64,000 nt of DNA, taken from the NCBI GenBank assembly GCA_030295235.1, contig AP026137.1, forward strand, positions 496,001 to 560,000, given 5' to 3'. Source of the stretch: Fistulifera solaris. Lineage: Eukaryota. Every line of letters begins with the position of its first letter. Within the stretch, counting starts at the first letter, position 1. The position numbers and the translations under genes were made by a program. Shown in pieces: positions 1 to 13,222 of this stretch. Under the pieces are notes generated by a model. The model searched no databases. It saw only the letters and a program-made list of their open reading frames with translations, and was not told where the DNA came from.

Positions 1-673
1 TAGAGGAAATATCCGCTTGGATCGACTCCGTCTCAATGTTGTTTGGATGGAAGGGCATGTTGCTGTTGTCAACTTGTTGCATACAATTGTTTTCATTATC
101 CTGAATTGGCGTTGACCAGCCATACAAGTACTAACCCCAGTGCGCACCGCCCAGCTCGTTCATTGGAAAAAAAACCGTTTGTGCGAGCAGGCCGGGTCGT
201 TTTTTGAACTGGCCGGTTTTAAAAAAGAGGTTGGGAAAATGTTACACGTGGCATTATTAAGTCCCGCTTCGAAACCGGTCCGATGTTTGATATACGTCAT
301 CATGACGTATTCGGTTGTGCACGTTAACCGGATTAGTTGTTTGTCCGTTTCTGTCTTGGCACTACACTGTACTATCGTAAAGTCTGTACTGTAGCACAAC
401 ACTGCTTCTCGACCGGCACCCCAACATGCAAAAAAAGATGCGGAGAACCAGAACCAAACAGAGCGCTGTTTATGCGACCGCGCTCTTTGTTTTGCCTGCG
501 CATCTTTTATTTTTGCTTTTGCTTATATGAAATCGGTAAAGAGCTACCCCGGAGTCCGGAGTACGCTTTTAAAAGATAAAATACAGCCTAGCGGAATACC
601 CTGTTCAGAGTGTGGTCGAGGGGGCGAAGCAACTAGTAGCTAGGAGTATTAGATTATTTTTTTCCTCGCAATT

Positions 674-2115
674 ATGACAAAGGCCTCTTCAGAATCAGCA
701 AATTTGCACATGGATTTACAAGCCATTGCGTTAGCAATAGTAGCAGGAGAAAAGTCGGGACTGCCGTCAGTGTTAACACCGTTACCTGTTGGATATGAGC
801 CTCGTAATCGAGATGTATGCTGCGGTCGTGGGAAGCGAAACTGGAATCACGAAGGAAACGTCTGGTTCAGGAATTTGATACAAGCGAACGTAGATCGATA
901 CGTCCAGGCTCCCTCAAAGACTGATAAGACTGCGGTAGTCATTTCCGTGGTAGAACAGGTGCGACAGGAGGGCGCATTCTTTGTGAAACAAGATGACGAT
1001 TCCGGGAGGTGGTACGATATTGGGGATATTCAGGCCAGAGAAAAGGTGGGGCATTCTCTTCGTGATCAAGTAACGGCACAGAAAAAGAAAGAAAAAAGAA
1101 GGCGATTCACTTTCTCCTCCTCGTTCACGGACTCCCCCTCCAGAAACCGTGCATAGCTTCGTGTCATCTCAACATTCTAGCTCTTCCGTTGCTCAACACC
1201 TTGTCGATCAACATGCTGCTGCGAATCTAATAGCTCCTCAAATGGCTTTTTTCAATGCCTGCGCCCACCATCGGTGGCATCAGTGCAATCAATATGACCG
1301 ATGAAGTTCGCCAGAGTATCAATTTTCTGTATGGAAATTCGCAAGCGTTCACTGACATGCAAAGTCAGCAAGCACCGTCGCATCAGTTACAGCAACTAAA
1401 TGTCGAACAATTACAAGATCTGCAACCAACGCCAATACATCCACAGTTGCAGCAGCAATTCCGGAATATGTATCAGCAGCCGCCTCAACTCAACGCACAA
1501 CAAGTAAACCGAATGCCGCCCCCACTGAACCCTGATTATGGATATGGTGATGTCGACTATTATGCCGAACAGACGAGAAAAACACGCGATGACAATGATG
1601 TCGTAGATCGCCGCCGGTCGTCTCGTGAATCTGTTGAAGTTCTAGAGAAGTTCGGGCGTCGCCCCTCGTGGCGAGCCATGAGTATATCGTCGTCTTCAGC
1701 CAAAGGCCTCGTTAGCGATATACACGACTTTCAGGCCGAGTTTGGAGACGATCTGTTCGATGACTTTGTGTTTGATCGCCGCCGATCTTCGATTCAACCT
1801 TTTTCTATTCAAGCTGGTGCTGTCGATGCACGTCGAATGTCTGCAATGAGTATGGGATCTGCTATGGGGGACTCGTTCGGTGATCTAGACAGCGTTCCAG
1901 GTCTTATGCCGAATGTTCAATTCAACAACAATTTCCGTTCTTCAATTCGAAGAAGCTCGGTTAACTGGATGAGAGACGTTCAACAGCAATTTTATGAATT
2001 TGACAGGCAACAAGCTAGTGATGCGGGCGCTAGCCCTGGCGGTTATGATAGGCGAGCATCAACATTAGACATGTTAAAAGTTCTACAAGATATGGACTAC
2101 CACGAGGATGACTAA
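674..2115 (+). CDS. DUF6824-domain protein (diatom-expanded putative transcription regulator) with Q/S-rich C-terminus
   Basis: The N-terminal ORF has the DUF6824 signature DVCCGRGK..NHEGN..FR...Y......K..VV..VV..VR..GAFFVK....RWYDIGD..AREKVGHSLRD. It joins the 1255-2115 ORF if single-base indels in the A run near 1090 and the T run near 1250 are corrected. Confidence 0.75.
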
Positions 2116-2159
2116 AATGGGTACGCATGCAATGTTAAGTCTATGTAGATCCGATTATT

Positions 2160-3826
2160 CTAAACATTCAAGAAAATGTACTTCGTCTCTAAATACTCCT
2201 CGAGACCGAGACTTCCACCTTCACGACCAAGGCCACTCTCTTTAACACCTCCAAATGGAGCGACACATGTGCTCATGATTCCGTCATTCACTCCTACCAT
2301 ACCAGTCTCGAGACTAGAAAGCCAAATGTGAGGATATGAAGTGAGACGAGTTCCACGCGCAACTTTTGCTTACCGTTCTGCAAAGCGGAAAGCCCTGGAC
2401 ATGTCACGGGTACAGAAATAAGAAGCAAGACCAACATTGGAATCATTGGCCACTTTCAATGCTTCCTCCTCGCTACTGAACGACCTAATGGGCACGACGG
2501 GTCCAAAATTTTCTTCGTGCCATACGAGGCTTTCCGTCGACACATTCGTCAAGACAATAGGATTGTAAAACTGTCCGCTAGGCTTTTCATCAACGTCGCC
2601 GTACACACACTTTGCGCCTTCCTTAACTGCCTTCTGAACTGTTTCGTATGTATTCGATGCCGCGGACTTGGTGATTAGTGGACCCATAGTCGTTCCCTCG
2701 TCCATACCATCACCTAGATGAATGCTCTCATCAATCTTTTTCAGCAAACGTTCCACGAAGTCATCGTGAATTGATTCATGCAACAAGAAGCGATCGGCGC
2801 ATACACATGTCTGGCCCGCATTACGAAATTTGCTTGCGACAGCCGCACCGACAGCTTGATCCAAATCAGCATCCTCGAAAACAATAAACGGCGCATTCCC
2901 TCCCAATTCCATCGAAACGTGCTTCACGGTGGAGCTACTCCATTCCATGAGCTGTTTTCCGACGCTAGTGGATCCCGTGAAGCTTACTTTTGCCACACCT
3001 GGATTGGTACAAAGTTCGTGACCAATATCCGTACCGTGCTCGGCAGTAACTACTTGCATGACCTCAGCAGGGATGCCCGCCTCTTGGGCCAGATTCTGAA
3101 GCGCCAATGTCGTTAACGGTGTTCGACCACTCGGCTTGATTACCACGGTGCACCCTGCAGCCAAAGCTGGTGCCCCTTTGCGTGTGATCTACAAACCGCA
3201 ATGTCAGAATCATCGCGCAGTCGACTTCGAGGCTGTACAACACGTACCATAGCAAGCGGAAAGTTCCATGGAGTAATCAAGGCAGCGACACCAACCGCTT
3301 GTTTGATTCCCAGCACCTTTCCTCGAGGAGTTCCCTTTTCCGTAGTAAATGTAGTGGGCATTTGAAATCCTCCACCGGGGCCGTGTTGACGCACTGCTTC
3401 CGCGGCAAACCATTCGACGAACGAATTTCCGTGAGTCAGTTCGCTCATACTTTCTGCCAAGGGCTTACCGGACTCCAAGGTCATGATTTTAGCTAAATCT
3501 TCTCGATTCTCATGGATGAGAGAATGCCATTTCTTGAGCTTTTGAGCACGGTCGGAGGCCGTCATGTCGTCGCGCCAAGAAGGTAGTGCTTTTGCAGCAG
3601 TGGCAATCGCTTCCTGAGTTTCACGACGCCCCTGGTTCGTTAAATACGCCACAACTTCATCGGGCCGAGCAGGGTTATGAACTTCAAAGGTGTCTGAAGA
3701 AGACGATTCGTGCAACCAATTCTGAAGCAAAGAATGGTTGTTGATGTGCGATAGAACGGAAGCAGTCGTCATGGTACGAGATGGTATGCTTCGTAGACGT
3801 CGAGAAAATAGCGTTTTATTGAACAT
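2160..3826 (-). CDS. SSADH: Succinate-semialdehyde dehydrogenase (ALDH5 family), probably mitochondrial; 3 exons
   Basis: ALDH motifs ITPWNFP, FTGST, ELGGNAP, catalytic [17 protein letters not shown] and [13 protein letters not shown] introns at 3189-3247 and 2314-2373 splice in frame. Arg/Ser-rich N-terminus. Confidence 0.93.
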
Positions 3827-4469
3827 TATGAGTAAGATTGCTTCATTTGATTCGACAAGAGTGTTCTCGGTTCGCAATGTAGACAATAGCCTCCAACATT
3901 CGATCGACGTTTGGATGGATTCTTCGAATGCAATAAAGAAGCGGGGATCGGAAGTTGAGAACGTGATGGGTCCCGCTCACAACGCAGTGAGTCATGAGTC
4001 AAATGTGACGTAATAGTCACAGCAAAGCAGTTAAACTGTTATGAGTACGTCACACTGTAATCTTTCTTTCTTTGTAAATACTCCGAACATTGGGTTCCAA
4101 GTTCCAACGTACACCCCACGTATTGTATCTAATTAATAGTACCGGCGTACGTTTGCCCCTGTATCAAAGACGAGCTCGAGATGCAGAACATGGTTCCCGC
4201 CAACGCGCCAGCCGATCAGTAACGGACGAATAATTTTGACGTGGGTGGACGGGGACCGCAAAACACATTCGTTTCATTGTCGCCTATCCGTTGGTTGATG
4301 ACAATATTTCTTGTTGCAAGGCTTGATTGAGTGCTCTCCGCTAAGTCATTGCTCTTTTTAAAGACTCAGCTTGTAAGTCAGCTGATCCCTATAATCGGAA
4401 TTACGGAGGAAAGTTCACAACCTCGACGTTTGCTGCAGGCGCATCGAAAAGCCTGATTGCACGTCAATC

Positions 4470-7400
4470 ATGGAGAGCAACGGCTCGAAAGAAAGGCGGA
4501 TAGATAAGCCTAATGAGGTCGAGACGTCGTCTATTCATATGAACGATCAGCCTCTAGCGAACCAGAACTCGGAGCGTCCAGTTGTGCCCATCCCAGTTCG
4601 ACCGGTTCCTCCTAATGAGCACACGAAGAAGGCGGACGATTCGTCGGGATCGACAGGAGTATCTCCCATGACGACAATCCAAAACGGCATACAAAACGAG
4701 CAAAATGCAAAGTCCGGGAAGGGGGATTCTTTAAATGAAAGTGGAAACAATTTCTACTTGTTTTCTCCGAATAATCCTGCTCCTTCGCCTAATTTATCGA
4801 ACAAGGCAGTAAGTTCGCATGATCCCCAGCCTCCCACTTTTTCGCCTTCGAGTGATCGTTCTTCTCCCTTTCGACTATTTTCATCGTTTTCTACACCGGG
4901 CTCCCAAGCTTCTCCTTCAAGATCTTCAACACCACCAGTGATTCCGGAGGGACATGAAATTGTGCAACACAAAGACGATTCCTCTTCCGCCCGCGGTGTA
5001 CATCGCACCGCCAGTGGGAAACGTCAACTGCAACGAGGTATCTCCACCGACAGCTCACTCGAGCTATCTCCTCATCGAACTGGGCAAAGACCGGTACGGA
5101 ACGAAGATCTCGAACCCGGAAATACCGATGACGAAGTACTGATGGATGTTGCCCAGCTGGGTGTCCATCGACGCCACCAACCCAGTAGTGTTGCTTCTCC
5201 GCCTCGTCCCAACCACCCTGATTTGTACCGATCTCGAAGGCAACAGCGTCATCCCCGTTTTAAACGGAAGGAAGCGAGCGGAATTTGGCGCCTTGGTCGT
5301 TGGATCCGGTCCTGTCTTTTGCAGGGATACCGGCCTATCTATTGGCGACGCTCTTCTTTTTCGACATGCCTCCAAGAATCGACTATCTTACCGCATCTTC
5401 GTCGAGTTGGCAAGCGATGCAGCAAAGCTTCGCGATCAGCGTCGTTTCAAAGACCGACGAGAGGTTGATCTCTTTGAATTAGTGCAAAAGAGTTAGATAA
5501 AAACGGGTCGGAGAGGAGAAATAGATCGAAACCTCCTGCGATAACTGTAGTGGATGAACGAGTCGATTCGTATGACGTTTGGCTATCCGATCGGTATGAG
5601 AGAGCACCGCACGTGAATACAGATACTGAAGACAGTCCGCCGGCTGACATGAATTCACTTTGCGGATACTTGGCGCGCACAGCATCGGTAACGAATCGCG
5701 ACTCGTACGTTCAGCGAGACGTTCTCAACTCAAAGGCTCGTGTTCTCATTACGGGGATACTCAATCCAACAGGCTTCCATCTTGCTTTGGCACTAAAGGA
5801 ACGCTGCGGTGTCGAGTTGATTATCGGAGTAGATAACATGTTCCCAAATACGGTCAAAAGTCGGTTGGACCTCATCAAGCCTATGGAAATTTTGTATACT
5901 ACCATACCGAAACTTTCTCGACCAATCTACGCTTCTTATGTTGGCATTGACCCGACCAAACCACCAAAGAAAAATAGCCCATCTCTTGATATGACGGGCG
6001 AGCTCGATTTACATGGCGCATTTCAACCCACTCACATCATTCACTTGGGTTCCATTTCCGAAGATGCATATTTCACGAGCACGGACGCTAGCCAAGATAA
6101 TAATGCTATGTTTTCTTTCCGATCGGCTCTTGCCGGAATGGAGCAAATTCTGTCTTCCATTGCTTCTGTCAGTGACAAATCGAAACGACCTCATTTGATG
6201 TTCGCATCCTCGAACCTTTTCCACGAGCGCATACCAAATGATTGGATGGATGCGTTACACGGAAGATCTCGAATGATGGACGAAATCATGGCAGATTTCT
6301 ATTATGCCAAGTATGGCGTCGAGTCGGTGGCACTGCGGTTACCGAACGGAATTTACGGGCCATGGGTTCGCACGGCGGACGTCGCTAACGCTGAATTTTG
6401 GAGTGTGAACAGCGTACTGCAGTCTAGTCTCGAAACCCATTGTACGGCAGAAAATTGTATCAACTCAACATTGACTTCCTCTTGGGAACGCGACGACAAA
6501 TGGGACTTCCTCCATGTGGATGATGCGGTTGACACGATTATAGCCGCAATGCAGTATCGCTCTCCCTCTCTTCTTCCTGCGACGTTTGAAGTTACCTCAG
6601 GTGGTACATTATCTCTTTCTGACGTGAGAGAGGTCGCTCAAAGAAAATTGAGCGCTCTCGAAAAAGCCGAGGCACATCGTTGACTTCGACTTTGCGAGCT
6701 GTTACTGAATACGATAACCTAATCGCTGCCCGGCAAGCGACAGAGGAGAAGTTGAGCTGGCGCAAACCGAGGGTCACGCCAGAAGAAGGCTTAACGCGAA
6801 CTTTGGCATGGTTGATGGATCAAGCACACCCTTTTCCTTCACTACACAAGCACCACGATGCTGCCAGTGAACAAAGCATTAACCCAGAATTGCGGACGGG
6901 AGATAATCTTTTAATCCAAAATTTGCTTCCTACTTGTGGAGCCGACGATATTCTATGTCATCGCGGGCAAAAGTACCTTCCCTGTGCGTCAAGCTGCACG
7001 ACTAAGCAGCACTGTTTACCTTCTTTATTCGATTCCGTGCTCGAGGTATTCAGAGAAGTTACTGAAGGCTGTGACATTGTCCTTTATACACATCAACTTG
7101 GAAAGGATGTGTCGGACCTTCAACTTCAGGCAGAATATATGGAAGAAGGCGACCCGCTAATTTGCAATGTGGCTGTTGTTTCAAGAGAAAGTCCTTTGGT
7201 TGAAAGTGTCATTAAAAAGGTACCCGACGATCAGTTGGTCAAACTAGGCGTGGAAGCCAACCCCCAAGATCGAAGTAAGAAGAGCGCTTTTCATCAGAAG
7301 AAAATTTCCCAGTTGAATGGGCGACTTCTATTTCGTGGCTGGGTTTTGATTTGGCCAGAAACCGAGACACCTGAACCTCTTCACGAGCATGAAGCTGCTT

Positions 7401-8299
7401 TGCTGAAGCTCACACCGAATGCCCTTTTCGCATCAGACGTGAAATACGCTCTTTACATTGACCAAACTTTCACCGTTTCACCAAGTCTAAAGGACATTCA
7501 GTTCTTGGTCAGCGAGATGCAGCGATCTCATTGGCCTAAGAGACTGGTGAAGAGAAAGACTACACCTAAAGCTAAGTTCGTGTTGCCTGCCGAGCCAAAC
7601 CGAAGAGCTGTCATTCTCATGTCAGAACTAAAGTATCAGGATTCAGCCACGGCAGAGCGTCTTCCTCCTGATACAAACATTGAGGTATACGAGGCGACAC
7701 GATTCATGCGTTTCGAGCTCGGCGAGGAACCTCTTGGCAAAGAACCGTTTGCTCTCAGACTCCAACGGGAATTTTATCAAAAGCTTCCATCAATTATCAA
7801 TCGTGACCAAATGCGATCTTCAGCAGAAGCTTCCTATAAGTTTAACATGAGTAAATTTTGGGCAAGGACGCGATGGATTCTTCACGACATGAAGCTTGAA
7901 GAAGCCCACCAGCTTCGTTGCGATTGGTACCAAGAGCACGTTCACTGGGGTACTAAGCTTGATCAGCTGAGTCTCTCATTCGTTATGGCCAGACGAGATG
8001 TCGAGCGCCGCATCGCACATATGGAACCCGACGATAATGTTCTTAAGCCAATGCAGGAAAACATCGAAATGAAGAGACTTCTTTCGGATACTTTTGAGTG
8101 GCACTCGATGCTTACCGAGCAAAACAAACACTTTGCGCCCTATGAAATGATCAAAGTACTACCGTACGGGATAAGTTACAATTTGGAAGAAGAGCAATAT
8201 CACGGAAGCCACGGGCAAAAACCTCCTTTATTTGCTCGTATCATTTCAGATAGGACTTTGTCTCTTGCGCGCAAAGAATGGAACCGCCGTAACAAATAG
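4470..8299 (+). CDS. Probable type II membrane protein: degenerate NAD-dependent epimerase domain fused to a DUF616/TOD1-MUCI70-like glycosyltransferase domain (frameshifted in assembly)
   Basis: Disordered N-terminus and a hydrophobic segment near 5310-5375. Rossmann start RVLITG..., FASS, LRLPNGIYGPW and DFLHVDDAV. The epimerase tail LSWRKPRVTPEEGLTRTLAW lies in the next ORF after a -1 A-run indel near 6665. It is followed by KLTPNALF..VKYALYID and LRCDWYQEH..WGTKLDQLSLSFV, which resemble DUF616. Confidence 0.7.
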
Positions 8300-8624
8300 T
8301 TTGAGCAACACGGTACCTGGTAACGGCTTCTCCACGCCAGCGATGCGCTTCACATTCGGCATCGAAACAAAAAGTGATACTTATCAGCATGATGGCATCA
8401 AAAAGCACTCTTTCGTCAAGAAAGTACGTAATCATTCTCATAATGAATCACTAAAGTTTCTGAACTCTTTGCAGTAATTTCTCAGGCAGCCGTCTGTTCT
8501 ATCTTAGTCAACAAACGTGAAATCATGGTAACATAAGTAAGTTTAGTAACACATGTTTATCCATCTTTCATAGAAAGGGGTACGTTCTGCTTCGTCGTCA
8601 AACCTAACTCTCTTTCGGCCTTTT

Positions 8625-10018
8625 CTACTTTTTTCTTTTGCTTCTACTTTTGCTTGATCTGGTTCTGCTCACATGTGATATTTTTGAATGTCGCGAATCA
8701 TCGTCTCTTGTTTCCATTGTCGTTGAGCTGGAAAAAAGCTTATCAGCGTATTCAAGAAATTTAGCCATCGCACCCTCAACTGCTTCACGCATTGTCGCCT
8801 CAATTGAAGGGTGTTGCTGGGACAAGGAATCCTGATCCGTCGCCTCATGAGCTAATTCATCGAGTTGTCGCAGCGATGCTTCTGTAGGAGGTGCGTATTT
8901 GGGCATGGTATTTTGATCCCTTGCCCGATGAACTAGTTCATCGAGTTGTCGGGCATCAACATTTTGAGTGTTTCGCTTCAACTGACCGTCGTCTTCCACG
9001 GAAATAATCGCATCTACTAACGGTGCAGTAGGTTCAAAAGGACGCTCGGACTCGTCACAAAACGGGCTTTTCGTGACAGAATCAAACAAACTGCGAAACT
9101 CTTCACTTGATTGTTGTGCTAGAAACCTCAGTGGTAATTCTGTTGGTGCGTAGCCTTCACCGTCCATCAACAATTTCCACTTTTCAGTGACCGACCAGGC
9201 CGATTCCACGGACGGTTGCTCTTCAATGTGTGTATCGTTACAATCTGGTTCCGACGCAGGCTGTTGCTGTGAGTTTTCGGTACAGTGCAATTGTTCGTCT
9301 TGACTATTGCCTTTTTCGTCACTAGCAGGGGTCCCTACGACATCGTTTTTAGGCAGTTGAGTTTCTGTTGGATTCTTTTCCGGTTGTCGTTCATTAACAC
9401 TATCTGTCTGTTCTGTCTCATTGCCGGGCTCAAGGACTACATTGGATTCACTCGCGTCGGGCTGAAGTACGATATTGGATTCATTCGCGTTCGAGTCGGG
9501 TGGCGAGGTGACCTTACTGACTACTTCGTCTTTCTCTCTTTGCAAGATCCCCGAATTTACGATGAATGCTTCTAGCTTATTGTGCTGCTGTGTCACGGGA
9601 GTCTCTTCATCACTTCCTTGCCGACTTTCTCGAGAGCCTTTCCTCCGTTGCCCACCATTGGCCTTTTCGTCATCTTTTCTTCTCCTCCTCTACTGATACA
9701 CTTTCAGATATCGATCCTTCTGGTGAGGGTTCTTCAAAGGAAATTCTTATGACTTCTTTGGGTCGTATACCAACACGAGGAGAAGGCCCATTGCATTTCC
9801 GATTGTTTGTTGTCGCGTAGTTATTTACGGTGGTGATCGTCACAGGTTTTAATAAAGACTGCCTATTCACAGGAGCTTCTTCTTCTTGACTTTCTTTTAT
9901 TAAGTTTTTGTACACCTGCAAGATTGAATTGATTGTGCATGATCACTGGCATGTAAGGACGACTCAATCCGCCTAAAGACGTCGGCATAACTCTCAGTTT
10001 TCGCATTTCACTTACCAT
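8625..10018 (-). CDS. Hypothetical low-complexity, acidic/disordered protein
   Basis: 323-aa ORF plus an upstream ORF linked by a likely indel near 9675. Candidate ATG-only first exon with a GT-AG intron at 9916-10015. Confidence 0.5.
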
Positions 10019-10967
10019 GATGCTGACTTCTATCTCCAACCACACTCTACAACTGCTCAATCAGCTTATCTACACAGTTCCTTTTGATGATATTATTCAA
10101 AAATCACCTTTGTTTGTCGGTTCGGAAGTTGGTGTGCCATGGCAACAAACGTTTTTCGAACAAAGCAAAAACTCCACCCAAAATTCAAAATCGGCGGGGT
10201 TAGCGAGTCGCGCTCTGCAAAGATTTGTTAAATGAAAAAACAGATTACAGTCAGTGATTTCATTGCTTAAGCGGAATGTACCCGTTGTACAAAAAAAGAA
10301 TACTAAATGTAATGACAGATTATACGAACATTAGTAGACTTATTGGCCATAGTAGAATGTAGCGACAATATCTCAACCATGAGCGGGCCGGCCTGAAACC
10401 AACCTCTCATTTTTTTCCACCATGACATTGCACAAGTGCTTTAATGAAGTCTAAAACTTCAAGAACTTCCTTTACATCGTTCAGATGTAAGTTGCAAATT
10501 TACAGATCAAATATTTTGTATTAAACGACGGACTAACCCTCACTATTGGTAGAAAAATTCGCCAGTCACGATGAATTATTACTTGCAATCCAAGTCGTTT
10601 TGGTCAGCTTATTCACTCATTTGATCCTAAACTCTGCTTTTCGTTCCCTTTTCTTGCTGTTCAGGCTTTAGATTTTTCCTTTTCTTTAGAACGGAAAACA
10701 GCGCACACTCGACATCAACATAATCGACTCCTCAACTTCCTCTCATTCGTTCGTTTGTCCTTCGACCTCGCGATTACGAGGTGCGAGGTACAGACGTGCT
10801 TCTTCTTGAATAGGCCCCCGACCCCCGACCCCTCGCCCACCGGTACTGACGTCATATGCCTACGTCACAACAAAAACTTCCACGTGTAAGCAATTGTTGA
10901 AACTTGTCTCAGTTACAACTGAGCCAGACCGTTTCTTCAACGGAAAAATCACTTAAGGCGTTTTCCC

Positions 10968-11640
10968 CAAAGCCGCGCTGGGTGCGATCAACAAACAAGC
11001 CAAAGACGACGCCCGACACCGAAGCCGCGCTACGATTGTGATCGATAGAGTAACAAACGAATGAAGTGTCGAGATTCCGAAGATGTGATCAATCAACAAA
11101 CGAAACAAAACGAAAAAGATAACAAACGAGACAATACGAAGAAGATAAACAAACAAGTCGAACACGACGGCCGAAACCAAAGCCGCGCTGGGTGCGATCG
11201 ACAAACAAGCCGAAAACGAGCGGAAGAAGACGCCAGACACCGAAGCCGCGCTGTGATTGTGATCGATAGAGTAACGAAAGAATGAAGTATTGGGATGCCG
11301 AAGATGTGATCGATCGACAAACGAAACGAAAAAGATAACAAACGAGACAAGACGAAGAAGATCAACAAACAACCCAACACCAAAGCCGCGCTGTGATTGT
11401 GATTGATAAAGTAACGAAAGAATGAAGCGTCGGGTTACCAAACATTTGATCAATCAACAAACGAAACAATGAAGGCGAAGAAGATCAACAAGCGAGCCGA
11501 AGTTGTAGGCCGCCATCAAAGCCGCGCTCAGATGAATGGAGAAGCAATACAATGTTGCGTCGGGAAACCGAAGATTTGATCGACAACAACAGAAACAATG
11601 AAGCAGCCCGACACCAAAGCTGCAATGCGATAGATGGAGT
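10968..11640. repeat. Degenerate tandem repeat, about 210-bp period, with recurring AAGCCGCGCT anchor
   Basis: AAGCCGCGCT recurs near 10970, 11032, 11180, 11242, 11383 and 11519. The block GATTGTGATCGATAGAGTAAC..GAATGAAG..AAGATGTGATC occurs twice, with more decayed copies downstream. A-rich plus strand. Confidence 0.8.
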
Positions 11641-12256
11641 AAGGATCGATCACTCGCCACTCGCCATTTTATGAAAAGACCTTCGAAAGAGCAGAGACAA
11701 TAGTTAGTGTCCGTGAATGCAAAATACAATGATTTGATTTTGTCAACGATAATTCTTACATCAGGATACAATAGGTTGGCGGCTCATTTTGACGAGCAAT
11801 AATAATGATGAAAAGGAAGATGAATGAATGATGCGAAATGAAGAATGCAAGCAACGACGAGGGACCGGCCCGCGTGCGAGCAGGCCGGCAACATGTTTGA
11901 AAATAATCAGCGTGAGGAGGACAGACTCAAGGGACTCACTACCCACCAGGAATCCCGGTGGGCGAGGCGTCGACTCCCTACACACCGTCGTCGTCGTCGG
12001 TCGTCGCGCCATAAATTCTGTTTTCCTCCGTTTCCATTACTTCGTAAAATAATACGGAGTAGCTTCAAGAGCGACAACGATTTTAATAATCTGTTTGCGT
12101 TCCAAGCTTCGAAGCAATCCAGATTTGGACAAACGAAAGTCGTCGCCATTGGGAAATTGTTGATCTCATCATCGCAGTAGAAAACCGATAGCTGTTATTC
12201 ATTCTTCAAGACGACACCCTCATCATTCATTGTCGATCAGGATATTTGCCGGCAAC

Positions 12257-13164
12257 ATGAAGAAGACTTACTTCACCATGGAACCTTCGTTCGAAGCGAA
12301 GAGTCCACCGGCTTCAAGAAGACGGGGATCGAAAGCGGATTCGACCAGCGATGACACAGAGGGGAGCTTGGATTATTCGTCAGGTAACAGCACTAGATCC
12401 ACCGATAGCAGTTTTGCGGACATTTTGAAAGTTTTGGAAGGACCCGAAATGACAGCAGATTTAGCAAATTATCTGAAACAACAACAAAAGCCAACGAATA
12501 GAGATGATAAATCTATAGCCGAATCGTCGCTCGCGTACAGTTACGCGGATGGAGAGTCTCAAATGATGCGATCTCATTTCACCGGTGGCGGGTCTCTGGC
12601 CTACAGCGCCATGACGGATGGAGAATCGCACATGGTACGATCTCATTGGACTGGGACCGATGCGTCTACATTGCAAGGGGCTGATTTTGTGACAACCATT
12701 CCAGGGTAAGTTATAACACAATTCAGATTCAGCCTTTACTAAACCTACCTCAAACTTGACTCACTTTGTGAACACAGGCCACTCAGTGATTCGTCGACAG
12801 GGGGAACTCGACAACCGCCACCCACAGTGGATGGACCTCTATCCATCAACGACCAACTATTGTTCTCTCCTGCTGAGCACGAGGACAGTATGAAATTAAG
12901 GAAGCAACGCAAGAAGCAACGAAAGCACGAACAGAAACTGCGCCAATTACATGAACAACAGCTTAAAGAGCGACAAGAGCAACAGCTGAAAGACCGACAG
13001 CTTTCACAAACTCCACCACAGCATAAACCGCCATCGCCGTTGGAACGACCTCCCAAATCCTCCCCGTGTCTCATGAGGATCCAAAGGTTGAAGAGGATGA
13101 TATCTGGTACGCGAAGTGGTGGGTCCTTTGCTTTCCAGAATTTCAGATACGTTCTAAGCCATAA
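12257..13164 (+). CDS. Hypothetical protein, Ser-rich N-terminus, Gln-rich coiled segment, C-terminal WYAKWW.LCFP motif
   Basis: Two ORFs joined in frame by a GT-AG intron at 12706-12777. An apparent indel near 13060 leads to the EEDDIWYAKWWVLCFPEF tail and a stop at 13164. Confidence 0.6.
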
Positions 13165-13222
13165 ACAATACACGCTAGTTTTTTGTATTGACAAACAGTA
13201 ATCGCAAAGTGTTTAGTCGATC

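Noticed and set aside
1..58. Possible start of a minus-strand gene (MPFHPNNIETESIQADISS) running off the window
   Set aside because: Too short to support from this window alone.
10845..10890. TGACGTCA/TACGTCA/CACGTG bZIP-type boxes (also near 4005-4052)
   Set aside because: Short motifs that occur often by chance; they cannot be supported without enrichment or binding data.
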